Shown: positions 18,528 to 28,062 of the stretch, piece after piece
How the letters are laid out: each line of letters opens with the position of its first letter
Position numbering within the stretch: the first letter of the stretch is position 1
DNA from: a virus
Lineage: Duplodnaviria; Caudoviricetes
Length of the DNA: 32,881 nt
IMG/VR virus record: IMGVR_UViG_3300045599_000046
Coordinates: 1 to 32,881 of that record
Strand: one strand, 5' to 3'
The notes under the pieces: model-generated
Databases searched by the model: none
Seen by the model: only the letters and a program-made list of their open reading frames with translations
Told to the model about the DNA's origin: nothing
Program-made: the position numbers and the translations under genes

Positions 18528-20282
18528 TTAGTTATACTTAAAAAACATGTAATCATATAAATTTATTTTACTTCTATTTATGTTTTTATCTTCTAGTCCT
18601 TTAATATACCATAGTCCATATTCTAAGCTAGAAAATTTATCTTTTCCGATTCGCCTACTTATCTGTTTTAGTATTACACTATTCCCTTGATGCTCTGACC
18701 TAAGATTCATCATTTCATCTTTCATGATACTGGTCTTAATAAAAGGGGAAAGATACTCTGCCATTTTTTCTGAATTCATATCTTTACCTTTTTTAGTGTT
18801 TATTATTTTTGATTTAGCAGTCATTTCATCAATTAAAAATTTTACTTTTCCCGAACTTATCTGCGAAAGACAATTAACATGGATATCGCTTGCAATTCCT
18901 TGTGATAGAACATTATAGAGTAGGGGAAGGGAGTCCTTAGTTTTAAATTCATCATAACGGTCATCATTAACGACAGAAAATGGAACATATATATCTCCAC
19001 TTATCTCATCTACATTTTCCTTTATTAAAAAATCAACCAATCCTTTTCCCACTCCATTTGCGTCTACAACAAGCATAGAAGCGTTAAATTGAAAGACCAG
19101 TTTTTTTAATTTAATTGATTGTTCTAGAAAATGCTCTCCATCAAAGGTAAATAGATTTACTATTTGTTTGAGATAAGAGCCATTGTCTCGGGGGATGCAT
19201 TTAATAATTAAAGCAACTGTATCTGCGTTTTGTGCTCCGATAGATCTAGCAACGTCAGCCGCAACGATATATATCACATCTTTATTTTTATCTGGTTCAA
19301 ATTCTGGTTGGAAAATCTTTCTATGTTTATCAAATAATTCAGCATCAAAAAATGCATCTTCGCTACTGCCAGTCCATAAACTTTCATATTCTCTTGAAAA
19401 AGAAAGGGGATTATATGTCCCATCTTCTTTTAGCTCTTCAACAAAATTTTCACTAAGTAATTGATGTTTTACTGGAATTCTCCAATCACCGCCAAAAACA
19501 AATGCATTTTCCTTTACTATCATCCATGCTAATAATTGAACCATTTTCTGATATGCAAATGTATTTTTATAGCCAGCAGTGGTTACATATATTTGTGATT
19601 TATGTGGTTCATTGGGATCAACTTCACCATTTTTAGCTCTACGGTCAACGTTCATAAGGGGAATGATAACTTCACTTAATTTTTGACCGTCTACAAGTAT
19701 TGTTTCTTCAATAAGCCCCGCGTGTCTTCTTCCACCACGAGTGCTATTTTGAACAGCAACTATATCAAGTTTACTTCCATTTTGAAAAACTAATTTGACA
19801 TAGTCTTTTGTGAATTGATGATATTTTATCTCACGATGAAGAATAGGGAATAGATCCCATAATTCCTCTATCTTTTCCTTAGCAATATTTGCTGCCTGTT
19901 CTTTACCACCAGAACATATAAACAACTTAATACCTGGAAAGAAAATGCATTTTAAATAAAGCGCAAGAATGGATAAAAATGATTTAGAAAAAGCCCGTGT
20001 AAATGTAGCATAAACATATCTATATCTCATACATATGCGTAAAAATATTCGTTGATAAAAGAATAACTTGAATTTACTATCTTTTGGGGTGACCATATCA
20101 ATGAAAATATCAGGGTATTCTCGCCAAAAACTAGCGTATTGTCTAAAAGTCTCCTTGACGCTCTCCATTCTGTTTACTTTTTCTTGATTCTTTTTCTCAT
20201 ATGTGTTTCCAAAAGGATTATAGATGTCACTTATCCCATTTTTGTATTTAGCTGCATCGGTTTGGAATTTCTTAACTGCCAT
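18528..20282 (-). CDS. Terminase large subunit (YonF-like)
   Basis: TRAFSKSF Walker A-like, RGGRRH, IEE Walker B, VTTAG, ADVAR, VDANGVG, KDKFSSLEYG; likely start ATG 20282. Confidence 0.9.
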   Translation of the reverse strand: MAVKKFQTDAAKYKNGISDIYNPFGNTYEKKNQEKVNRMESVKETFRQYASFWREYPDIFIDMVTPKDSKFKLFFYQRIFLRICMRYRYVYATFTRAFSKSFLSILALYLKCIFFPGIKLFICSGGKEQAANIAKEKIEELWDLFPILHREIKYHQFTKDYVKLVFQNGSKLDIVAVQNSTRGGRRHAGLIEETILVDGQKLSEVIIPLMNVDRRAKNGEVDPNEPHKSQIYVTTAGYKNTFAYQKMVQLLAWMIVKENAFVFGGDWRIPVKHQLLSENFVEELKEDGTYNPLSFSREYESLWTGSSEDAFFDAELFDKHRKIFQPEFEPDKNKDVIYIVAADVARSIGAQNADTVALIIKCIPRDNGSYLKQIVNLFTFDGEHFLEQSIKLKKLVFQFNASMLVVDANGVGKGLVDFLIKENVDEISGDIYVPFSVVNDDRYDEFKTKDSLPLLYNVLSQGIASDIHVNCLSQISSGKVKFLIDEMTAKSKIINTKKGKDMNSEKMAEYLSPFIKTSIMKDEMMNLRSEHQGNSVILKQISRRIGKDKFSSLEYGLWYIKGLEDKNINRSKINLYDYMFFKYN

Positions 20283-21231
20283 AATACTCTTCTTCCTCAA
20301 CATCAAAGAGATCGCAATTCTCGCTAACTTCTTCTTTTTCATTGATATTTTGCAAAGCTGTTTCGACCAACCCACCAATATTGGGATCTCCCAATATTAA
20401 ATTTTTTGTATAGTTCATGAGATTTTTTATAGTTTCATCAACAATGTCTTGAGGTTCATTAGTATGGAATTTTGGGATAAAACCTTCTTTTTCTATGTAC
20501 TCAAAGAATTCACTAAAAGTATTTAATCCACCAGTTCTATCGGCAGCGCTTCTTTGAACTGCTGTAAATTTAGCAGAATGCATTAATTTATCATATGCAT
20601 CAGATAACTTTTTAAAGTGGTCGATTTTACTATCAGCCAATGCCTCTTCCATTTTTAATGATACTATGCATATTTTTTTCAAATAATCTTTATGGGATGC
20701 AGTTTCTATCTCATAGCTGTTTTTCATATCTTCCCAAAAAATACTTAATTTACTATATTGCTCAGATGAATACCCTGATCCCCAAAAAGACATTATTTCA
20801 GTAGTAATTAAATAATCAGAATTAATATCAACATTTACTTTACTTTCTTCAGCGTTATCTTTTTTACTCTCTAAAACACTGTCTCTCCATTTTAATGTTT
20901 TATGATTTAGAAGTAGATTTTTATAATATATACCAAACAAATCTTTTTTAGTTTTTTCAGCTTCTTTTATGGAAGAGTTCCAGACTTCAAACAAAAATGG
21001 TCTATCCATTTGCATTAAAATATCATAAACTGTTTCAATATCATTAATGTCAATCACATCTTTTAAACATTTCTTACAATAGGGGAAACGGTTATTATTT
21101 GAAATGTGTAATTCATTATTTGATAAATAGAATCCCGAAGTGTAGGGCTTCGTTTTTTTACAAGGTACACATTCACCATGAGTATTTGGTCTAATAGATT
21201 TTGTGCTGTTTTCTTTTTTGTGTCCTTTCAT
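20272..21231 (-). CDS. Zn-finger protein upstream of terminase (YonG-like, candidate small terminase subunit)
   Basis: CxxC...CKKC, MDRPF, FWG.GY, QDIVD motifs; synteny. Confidence 0.65.
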   Translation of the reverse strand: MKGHKKENSTKSIRPNTHGECVPCKKTKPYTSGFYLSNNELHISNNNRFPYCKKCLKDVIDINDIETVYDILMQMDRPFLFEVWNSSIKEAEKTKKDLFGIYYKNLLLNHKTLKWRDSVLESKKDNAEESKVNVDINSDYLITTEIMSFWGSGYSSEQYSKLSIFWEDMKNSYEIETASHKDYLKKICIVSLKMEEALADSKIDHFKKLSDAYDKLMHSAKFTAVQRSAADRTGGLNTFSEFFEYIEKEGFIPKFHTNEPQDIVDETIKNLMNYTKNLILGDPNIGGLVETALQNINEKEEVSENCDLFDVEEEEYYGS

Positions 21232-21259
21232 ATAATCACCATCCTTATCTCCCTAAAAA

Positions 21260-21330
21260 ATATGGCGCAGAATAAAACGGGGGAGTGCCGTTCTTTTTGC
21301 CGACCATTAAACATGGACTCCACGCCATAT
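21260..21330 (-). ncRNA. Three-way-junction structured RNA element
   Basis: 14-bp closing stem with G-U pairs on the minus strand enclosing hairpins CCAU-GUUUA-AUGG and AGAACGG-CACUCCC-CCGUUUU. Confidence 0.45.
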
Positions 21331-21407
21331 AAATATAAAAATGAAAAAACTCCAACGCATTGTTGGGATACTTGATATTTTTATATTTAGTATCTTTAAC
21401 AAAAAAA

Positions 21408-21542
21408 CTATTCTTCGTAAGTAAGTCCAGTTATTAACTTAAACTCTTCTGGAGTAATAGCTTTTCCCACCGAATTCTTGACTCTTTGTAGATCCCAAAG
21501 TTCTTCTTCGTAATAAAGCTTAATTCTATCAAACCAACTCAT
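21408..21542 (-). CDS. xkdX: XkdX-family protein, 44 aa
   Basis: MSWFDRIKLYYEEELWDLQRVKNSVGKAITPEEFKLITG; missing from the ORF track. Confidence 0.85.
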   Translation of the reverse strand: MSWFDRIKLYYEEELWDLQRVKNSVGKAITPEEFKLITGLTYEE

Positions 21543-21892
21543 AATTCTACCCCTGACATAATGGCAATATAATCAATATCTGCACGTAAACGTAGGTTTT
21601 CAGCCAACTCTTGTTTTTGCATTTGTGCTAGATATGCTTCTTTCCCAGTAACGAATACCTTCGCTGCTTCATCGTAGGAGTCAAACTCTAGCCCGTTAAA
21701 CCACTCATTTCCAGTCTGATCTACTGGCACGGATGTAAAGGTAATGCCCTTTTGGGTAAGCATTTGCTCTACTTCATTTTTATGCTCTTCGGAGATACAG
21801 CCTTCCTGTGGCTTTTCTACCTCTGTTTCTTGCCACGTCACGATGTAACGAATTAACTCTACCTTATTACCAAGCATACGAAACATGAACAC
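21539..21892 (-). CDS. Fibre-associated protein (XkdW-like position)
   Basis: C-terminal LRADIDYIAIMSGVEL directly before XkdX. Confidence 0.6.
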   Translation of the reverse strand: MFMFRMLGNKVELIRYIVTWQETEVEKPQEGCISEEHKNEVEQMLTQKGITFTSVPVDQTGNEWFNGLEFDSYDEAAKVFVTGKEAYLAQMQKQELAENLRLRADIDYIAIMSGVEL

Positions 21893-21898
21893 ATCGCC

Positions 21899-22873
21899 TC
21901 ACTGAAATTTATTATTCACACTTGTATTCGCAGTCCCCCCACCTATCACGATGTCTTTACCCATACAGTTATTAGAAGAGATGAGGTTGTAATTGTTTCC
22001 AGTGCTATTCAATCTGATAGTATTCTGCGAAACTGTATAGTCAGTAGCTGTTCCATTGCCTCGAATGCAAGTATTGCCTACAACAGTATTGTTACTTGAA
22101 CTACTTAAATAGATTCCATCAGTCCCATTATCTATACAGGTGTTTCCTGTAATACTAGAGTTTTTTAACGTCATTGAAGTTATACCTGCACCTTTGTTAT
22201 CTATACAGGTGTTTCCTGTAATACTAGAGTTTTTTAATACGTTTATAGTAAGTCCTGTACCACTACTATTACTATTACAGGTATTTCCTGTAATAGTAGA
22301 GCTACTACTAGAGCTCAGATAAATACCTGTTCCACTATTGCCATTACAAGTATTTGTTGCGATGATATTATTGTTACCATTATCCAAATAGATACCTCTG
22401 GCATTCTTACTACAGATATTTCCTGAAATAGAGCAGTTGAGACTAAAATCCAAATAAATTCCCACATTTAAAGATGCGCTATAATCATTTCCATCAACCA
22501 TTAAATTCGACACTTTACAGTATTCAACATTCGTTAAAGTGATAAGCCCACCGAGGACGGTATTATCATACATACGCTTAATTACAGTAGCGCTCCCATT
22601 TCCCCATAGGCTTACGTTGTTTTTATCGACAAGAATATGTCCCGTAATAAAATAAATTCCATCGAGGATAATAATTTCCCCGCCACTTTCAGGCAATGCC
22701 TGAATCGCATTGTTGATCTCTTCTTGGTCGCTTGTACCGTCACAGAGATAATCAACCTCTTGACTCGTCCAGCCAGCGATAGATGTACCAATCACAAAAC
22801 GTGCTATTTTATTACTACTAGATGACCCTCCTTTACCACTACCAATTTGACCATGTAATAATTGATCATTCAC
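21899..22873 (-). CDS. Right-handed parallel beta-helix (NosD/pectin-lyase-like) protein, spike/fibre-like
   Basis: DQEEINNAI..LP..GG.I.ILDG.Y and repeated GIYL....N..I.GN.C. Confidence 0.8.
   Translation of the reverse strand: MNDQLLHGQIGSGKGGSSSSNKIARFVIGTSIAGWTSQEVDYLCDGTSDQEEINNAIQALPESGGEIIILDGIYFITGHILVDKNNVSLWGNGSATVIKRMYDNTVLGGLITLTNVEYCKVSNLMVDGNDYSASLNVGIYLDFSLNCSISGNICSKNARGIYLDNGNNNIIATNTCNGNSGTGIYLSSSSSSTITGNTCNSNSSGTGLTINVLKNSSITGNTCIDNKGAGITSMTLKNSSITGNTCIDNGTDGIYLSSSSNNTVVGNTCIRGNGTATDYTVSQNTIRLNSTGNNYNLISSNNCMGKDIVIGGGTANTSVNNKFQ
22128..22237. repeat. Exact 41-bp direct repeat with a 69-bp (23-codon) period inside the beta-helix gene
   Basis: TTATCTATACAGGTGTTTCCTGTAATACTAGAGTTTTTTAA at 22128 and 22197. 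Confidence 0.9.
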
Positions 22874-22988
22874 GTCTAATTACCTCATGCATCCATTCAC
22901 CATCAGCACAGGTCGGATTAGAGATAGAAAAAATTATATTACACACTTTACACACACTGGCTAGTATTATATTAAAGTTTTCTACCAT
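22866..22988 (-). CDS. 40-aa mini-ORF, possibly an internally deleted paralog of the 23741 gene
   Basis: RBS AAGGAGGT; MVENFNIILASVCKVCNIIFSISNPTCADGEWMHEVIRRE; C-terminus resembles DRGKWTHEVIADE. Confidence 0.5.
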   Translation of the reverse strand: MVENFNIILASVCKVCNIIFSISNPTCADGEWMHEVIRRE

Positions 22989-23004
22989 TTACCCTTACCT
23001 CCTT

Positions 23005-23748
23005 TTAGTCTAGCGTATACCACGCCCTGCATTTATAATATGTTCCAGCATTGGATGTTCTACATTGTATCTGTAAACTATTGTTAAACCTTATCGGTCC
23101 GTTAAAGAAACCTTGTCGATAGGTGGTACTAGAGGGATATTCTAATATTCTTTCTGGTATGATGTCCTGTCCGTCAACTGTCACCTTTCCCCTAATATCG
23201 CCACTTACACTGTACTGTCCTTCAACCAGTAATCCTACCAAATAGCCAGAACCAGAAATATTCAGTACGTCAGTAAGTACAGTGCTATTAAGTGCTGCAT
23301 ATGTCATTTTTCTTGAACCAGTGTTCAGATACGTCTGCACACTTTCTACAGGCTCGGCTATTCTCTTTAAAACTGTGTAGTCGCATCCAAAATTAAGAGA
23401 TGTAGTGTGTCTATTAAAAATCTCAATCTTGACACTGTTCTTAAAGTACAACGGTTGGAGTAATATATTTCCGTGATAAGTGTTTCCGAGGATACCTTCA
23501 AACACTGCTTCTTGTCCGTCTATTGTAACTCTTATATCTGGATTTGATGCGGCTGTGGTAGCCGAAAACCCTCTACAAAATGTTAAGTACCCCTCCCCGT
23601 ACAGTTCTAAAAAAGTGACCCAACGTTTACCGTTTGTAGATTTAAGGGTACCTGTCCAATCATGAACTGTCTCATAGGCTGACCAGTCGCCTATCCAAGG
23701 GACACTACTACCTGAAGAAAGTAATCCGTGCATGTACTGATCATTCAT
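23005..23748 (-). CDS. Protein with two tandem beta-sandwich-like repeats
   Basis: G.GYL...V.IDGQ...P..F.NS..I occurs twice; start MNDQ at 23748 after GAGGTG. Confidence 0.7.
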   Translation of the reverse strand: MNDQYMHGLLSSGSSVPWIGDWSAYETVHDWTGTLKSTNGKRWVTFLELYGEGYLTFCRGFSATTAASNPDIRVTIDGQEAVFEGILGNTYHGNILLQPLYFKNSVKIEIFNRHTTSLNFGCDYTVLKRIAEPVESVQTYLNTGSRKMTYAALNSTVLTDVLNISGSGYLVGLLVEGQYSVSGDIRGKVTVDGQDIIPERILEYPSSTTYRQGFFNGPIRFNNSLQIQCRTSNAGTYYKCRAWYTLD

Positions 23749-24082
23749 CTGCAATCACCTCATGTGTCCATTTCCCTCTATCGTTGTAGAATTGATCATA
23801 GGCGACTGTTTCTGTAACAGTTATTCCGTCCGTATCATAGTGAGTAACAATTCTCTTCTCATATAGAGGGGAAGTTCCACCGCTAAGCGTTGATTTTTTT
23901 GCCAATGTTCCATCAGTTCTTTTCCATTCTATTGACTGAAAGATTCCATTTTCGTCTTCATGTACTCTGTAAGTGCTAAATGCTACTGATTTAGTTGGTA
24001 CATCACCGCCCACGATATAAACAGGTAATGGATTGTTTTCTGAAACCAATTGATTTCGACTGCCTACTGAAAGTTGAATAAT
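23741..24082 (-). CDS. Phage hypothetical protein (probable ATT start)
   Basis: VSENNPLPV and KRTDGTL...S.LSGG motifs; RBS AAGGTGGTG followed by ATC/ATT; the upstream ATG lies within or before a terminator. Confidence 0.6.
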   Translation of the reverse strand: MIQLSVGSRNQLVSENNPLPVYIVGGDVPTKSVAFSTYRVHEDENGIFQSIEWKRTDGTLAKKSTLSGGTSPLYEKRIVTHYDTDGITVTETVAYDQFYNDRGKWTHEVIADE

Positions 24083-24096
24083 GATCACCACCTTTA

Positions 24097-24129
24097 AAAC
24101 AAAAAAGACGACCATGTTTAGTCGTCTTA
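24097..24129 (-). terminator. Intrinsic terminator
   Basis: AAGACGAC...GTCGTCTT followed by TTTTGTTTT on the minus strand. Confidence 0.7.
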
Positions 24130-24142
24130 ACACTTTTAATAC

Positions 24143-24454
24143 TTATCTTAAATTTAATGCTTGTGCCAGCACTTCCAAACTTTTAGCACGGTTTTGTAAT
24201 TCTCTAGTTTCATATTCTATTGTCCCAACAGTTTGAGCATATACATATAAATTTAATAATGTATTTTTAGCTTCAGACATAGTTTTACACTTATTTAATG
24301 CTTTAGCATACTGTTCAATTACATTATCAACATCTACTTTAAATTTCGGCATAGTAATGATATCAATATCTTCCTGTTCATCTGCAAGATAAACATCGCC
24401 AAAATCCTCATCTTCCCAATCAGGGTCAGATTCCCAATACTCTTCCTCAGACAT
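24143..24454 (-). CDS. Acidic hypothetical protein
   Basis: RBS GGAGGG; 103 aa. Confidence 0.7.
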   Translation of the reverse strand: MSEEEYWESDPDWEDEDFGDVYLADEQEDIDIITMPKFKVDVDNVIEQYAKALNKCKTMSEAKNTLLNLYVYAQTVGTIEYETRELQNRAKSLEVLAQALNLR

Positions 24455-24550
24455 GTGAATCCCTCCGTTATAATAATAAGAGGGTAGAGGACTCGCTTAA
24501 CCCATGTAAAAAGAGATAGCGGTTCATACCAATTATTTTAAATAATACTT

Positions 24551-25318
24551 TTAATCATTGATATCTACTTCATAGTTTATTAATGCCAAGTATAGCTTTT
24601 CAGGAATATTGTATTTATATTTTTCTGCTACCTCTTTAATTTTATTTTCCTTATATTCCTTGTAAGTTTGAAAGGATTCTTCTGGTGTAGCGCAAGCGCC
24701 CAAATACACTCTTTTTCCATTTCCATTTGAGCACCAAGATTCATACTTCTTTTTACACTTAGAAAGGTTAACCCCAATAGGTAAATTACCTCGAAATTTA
24801 TCTCTTTTGACAATGAGAGTATTTATTGAGTGAGGTACAAATACACATGTGCGAGGGGAGTATGCCTTATTATTTTTCACTAAAATATCTTTATCTAAAG
24901 CCATTATTTCATCTTCAATTTCATAGTAATTTATATCATACCATTCTCCGAAATTTTGAAAATTATGCCAGTGCTTATGAACTGTACAATCCATATATGT
25001 TGGCGATCTTTCTTGAAGTTTTGCTCCATAGCAACGATTCAGCATACTTTTCCAGGCGATATAGTGTTTAGTGTGCTTGCCATTTTCACTGACCCTATAC
25101 TTGCCTTCTCCGTGATATCCAAATTTATAAACGCTTGGTTCAAATGGATTCGTCAAGTTTCTCCTCTTAAACTGGACATATTCTACTCCTTTAGCAATAT
25201 ATCCATTTTCAAATTTAACATCTATATCATTAAATTTTCTATATGCAATTATCTCCATTTTTGTTCCACGACTACTATATGCTATCTCTCCAACTCTTTC
25301 AGATGTTATAATTGTCAT
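24551..25318 (-). CDS. Free-standing HNH-like homing endonuclease
   Basis: W.SML.RCY, W.NFQNF.EW, LDKDIL...YSP.TC.FVP..IN, LP.GV motifs. Confidence 0.75.
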   Translation of the reverse strand: MTIITSERVGEIAYSSRGTKMEIIAYRKFNDIDVKFENGYIAKGVEYVQFKRRNLTNPFEPSVYKFGYHGEGKYRVSENGKHTKHYIAWKSMLNRCYGAKLQERSPTYMDCTVHKHWHNFQNFGEWYDINYYEIEDEIMALDKDILVKNNKAYSPRTCVFVPHSINTLIVKRDKFRGNLPIGVNLSKCKKKYESWCSNGNGKRVYLGACATPEESFQTYKEYKENKIKEVAEKYKYNIPEKLYLALINYEVDIND

Positions 25319-25395
25319 TTACTACAACATCAACTCCCATTGCCAAAATATAAATAATACTTTTTTGGTATCATAAATGTCTTGATTTTTTAATA

Positions 25396-26805
25396 CTACT
25401 CTAAGTAGATTGGAATTTGATATTTTACTCTTCCATCTTCATGGAAAATATGCATTAATTGAGCAGGTTCAGCATAAAATCTCTTTGAAATAGCATAATC
25501 ATCAACGCCCATCAGACTAGAAGAGGTGATGACCTTAGTTCTACCAAATTCTTTAAGAGTTTGATGATGGATGTGACCACCAAAAACATATGATGGAGTA
25601 ATACCCAATACTTGAGATATATTTTTAACTGTGCTTGAAACATGATCTAAATCTCCATGCAAATATACATGTTGGGGATTAAAAGTTTCGTCAACGAAAT
25701 ATCCGTCAGTGTCTTCGTAAATATCAATATTCTTAAAATCTTTCAGTCTACTATTAAGATACCAAGGGATAAGTTTCTCCAAATTCTCATTAAGTAAACT
25801 TTGAGTTTTATCTGGAATCAAGCGAGCATGGTTTCCCATAATGTTAATAAATCGAATCAATCTAAAGTGCTTAGACAATTCAACTAAACATTCAGCCATT
25901 GTTTCGGCAACCACTTGAATTTGTTGAATTACATTTTCTGAAGCTTGAACACGAGAGGAAACGTGAATTGCCCCACTTAAAAAATCACCCAAAGCACCTA
26001 CAGTCAATGTTTCAACATCATGTTTAGTTCCATATAAAATTGTTTCATTCATTAATTTTTGTATCCTGTTTTTAAATACATCGGAATTATATGTATTAAG
26101 GCTATTTTTAAAATCAGACCCATAATGCCAGTCTGACCAAAGCACGTTAGCACGTACATTATTATGTTTATTAAAATATTGCTTCTCAAATGTAAGTGGC
26201 TTTGATTTAGATAATTCTAAAATTGATTTATTAATTTCTTCTTTTAAATGTTCAAATCTAGCCTGTTTTTTAATTAATTCATTGAATTCTCTTCGCTGGT
26301 CCTGAACTTTAATTTTTTGCTTTTGTAATTCAATAAGTTCATTTTCAACGCTTGGCTTGACTGAAATCTTCGATGCATATAACTGTAATACACCAGTTGC
26401 CTTACTAAAAGCATTCCATATATTACTTCTAGCACTGACAAGCACCCATGATTCTGGATCATAACCATGCGCCCTCAACAAAAACTCAGGATTTTTTGTA
26501 TCCTCTAAGCTCATCCTTACAAGTTTATTGCTTGATTGTGTCCCATCTTTATGAATCTCTATAGTTTCTTTATATTCAATTGTGTTTTTATTATTTTCCT
26601 GTTTAACTTTATTGCTAGAAGCAGAGGAGGGGGAAGAGAGGTTTTTTTTATCTCCTCTAAGAACTTGGTTTTTAACCCAACTTCTTAGTAATTCTCCATT
26701 TTTATATTTTCCTTCTCCGTATGTATCAGCAATTTGCTGCCAAGTTAAATTAATTTGCCCATCGCGTTTTTGAATACCTATTTCAAGGAGTTGATCTTTA
26801 TTCAA
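25396..26805 (-). CDS. Calcineurin-like metallophosphoesterase (YonJ-like)
   Basis: SDWHYG, LGD, GNH, HGD, GHIHH motifs. Confidence 0.85.
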   Translation of the reverse strand: MNKDQLLEIGIQKRDGQINLTWQQIADTYGEGKYKNGELLRSWVKNQVLRGDKKNLSSPSSASSNKVKQENNKNTIEYKETIEIHKDGTQSSNKLVRMSLEDTKNPEFLLRAHGYDPESWVLVSARSNIWNAFSKATGVLQLYASKISVKPSVENELIELQKQKIKVQDQRREFNELIKKQARFEHLKEEINKSILELSKSKPLTFEKQYFNKHNNVRANVLWSDWHYGSDFKNSLNTYNSDVFKNRIQKLMNETILYGTKHDVETLTVGALGDFLSGAIHVSSRVQASENVIQQIQVVAETMAECLVELSKHFRLIRFINIMGNHARLIPDKTQSLLNENLEKLIPWYLNSRLKDFKNIDIYEDTDGYFVDETFNPQHVYLHGDLDHVSSTVKNISQVLGITPSYVFGGHIHHQTLKEFGRTKVITSSSLMGVDDYAISKRFYAEPAQLMHIFHEDGRVKYQIPIYLE

Positions 26806-26816
26806 TATATCACTCC

Positions 26817-26987
26817 TTATTCAACTTCTTCAAATTCTGTTCCAACTGGAATTTCATATTCTTCGTTGGGCTTGACTTTAATTTTATCCCCATTAACTTC
26901 GACAGTGATCACTTTTGCAGAGGGGTAAAGATCATATAGAATATCACGAACTTCATTAAGCCCTTTAGTTTTTTGATTAGAACTCAT
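26817..26987 (-). CDS. 56-aa hypothetical protein
   Basis: RBS GGGAGAG; MSSNQKTKGLNEVRDILYDLYPSAKVITVEV...; fills the gap in the operon. Confidence 0.65.
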   Translation of the reverse strand: MSSNQKTKGLNEVRDILYDLYPSAKVITVEVNGDKIKVKPNEEYEIPVGTEFEEVE

Positions 26988-27027
26988 ATTAAAACTCTCC
27001 CTTGTTATATTTTTTTAAGATGTCATT

Positions 27028-27681
27028 TTACCATGATAATTCATCTGCGTGTGTAGCTAATTTACCTCTGAAATTATGAGTTAATTTACAAATCTTAACA
27101 TATGGTTCATTCTTGAAATGCTCTATATATGGAAGAAAACCACTTTTTTCAGGTTTTGATAAATCATTTTGACCATCATGACCTATCATTATGACTGTGC
27201 AATCATCATGTATTCGTGTAAGTATCTTTTTTAATTCTCCACGAGTAAAGTTTTGTGCTTCATCAATAATAATTGTCGCATTTTTTAAGTTCATACCCCT
27301 AGCAAAAACGTGAGACATGGGATAGACCCAAACTTCTCCGCGTTTAAGCAGCTCAGGTTTGTCAGGATCATATATCACACGTTCTGGTGATTCATTGATT
27401 TCAAGTAGAGCGTCTTTTAAAGGGGTTATATAAGATGCTTCTTTTTCTCTTTGATCACCAGGTCTGAAGCCCATTGTTCTCTCTTCAACAGGGGAAAATA
27501 TATAGTACAAATCTTTACTTAATAATTTTGCCACTGCTACAGCCAGAGTGGTTTTTCCTGTTCCAGCCTTAGCATTCACGATAGTAAATTGATTATCAAA
27601 AATAGAATCAACATATTCTTTTTGCTCATTTGTCAGTTTAGATCCCAAGTTAAAAAAAAGATGATCTTTTGGTAGTGGCAT
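27028..27681 (-). CDS. phoH: PhoH family ATPase
   Basis: AGTGKT, GFRPGD..EK, RGMNL, IIDEAQN, GH..Q.D. Confidence 0.9.
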   Translation of the reverse strand: MPLPKDHLFFNLGSKLTNEQKEYVDSIFDNQFTIVNAKAGTGKTTLAVAVAKLLSKDLYYIFSPVEERTMGFRPGDQREKEASYITPLKDALLEINESPERVIYDPDKPELLKRGEVWVYPMSHVFARGMNLKNATIIIDEAQNFTRGELKKILTRIHDDCTVIMIGHDGQNDLSKPEKSGFLPYIEHFKNEPYVKICKLTHNFRGKLATHADELSW

Positions 27682-27711
27682 ATAATGTCCTCCGCATTCA
27701 GTATTTTGTTT

Positions 27712-27764
27712 TTAAAAATAGACGCTATACATGAAAGAGGGGATAAAGACCATATAGCGTCTAT
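27712..27764 (-). terminator. Long-stem hairpin with a C-rich loop after HU
   Basis: ATAGACGCTATA...TATAGCGTCTAT perfect 12-bp stem followed by a T run. Confidence 0.55.
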
Positions 27765-27786
27765 GGGGAGGGGATATGCTATATAA

Positions 27787-28062
27787 TTAACCTTTAACTA
27801 ATTCTTTTAATTGTTTACCTGGTTTGAAGGCAGGAGCTTTGCTTGCTGCAATCTCAATTTCTTCGCCAGTTTGTGGATTACGTCCCTTACGAGCAGCGCG
27901 TTCACGAACTTCAAAATTACCAAAGCCAGTCAATTGGACTTTCTCTCCTTGTTGAAGAGCATCTGCAATAGTATCTAGCACTGCATCAACTGCTTTCGTA
28001 GAATCCTTTTTGGTCATTTCGGTAACTTCAGCGACCTTTGCAATCAGTTCTGTTTTGTTCAT
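27787..28062 (-). CDS. hup: HU DNA-binding protein (YonN-like)
   Basis: MNKTELI...[26 protein letters not shown]. Confidence 0.97.
   Translation of the reverse strand: MNKTELIAKVAEVTEMTKKDSTKAVDAVLDTIADALQQGEKVQLTGFGNFEVRERAARKGRNPQTGEEIEIAASKAPAFKPGKQLKELVKG

Noticed and set aside
20283-20378. N-terminal extension of terminase in the ORF track
   Set aside because: Overlaps the upstream gene extensively; ATG 20282 is the more plausible coupled start
688-26773. Numerous short plus-strand ORFs antisense to late genes (e.g. 943-1251, 15151-15609, 24956-25357)
   Set aside because: Antisense shadows of well-supported genes with no RBS or recognisable motifs
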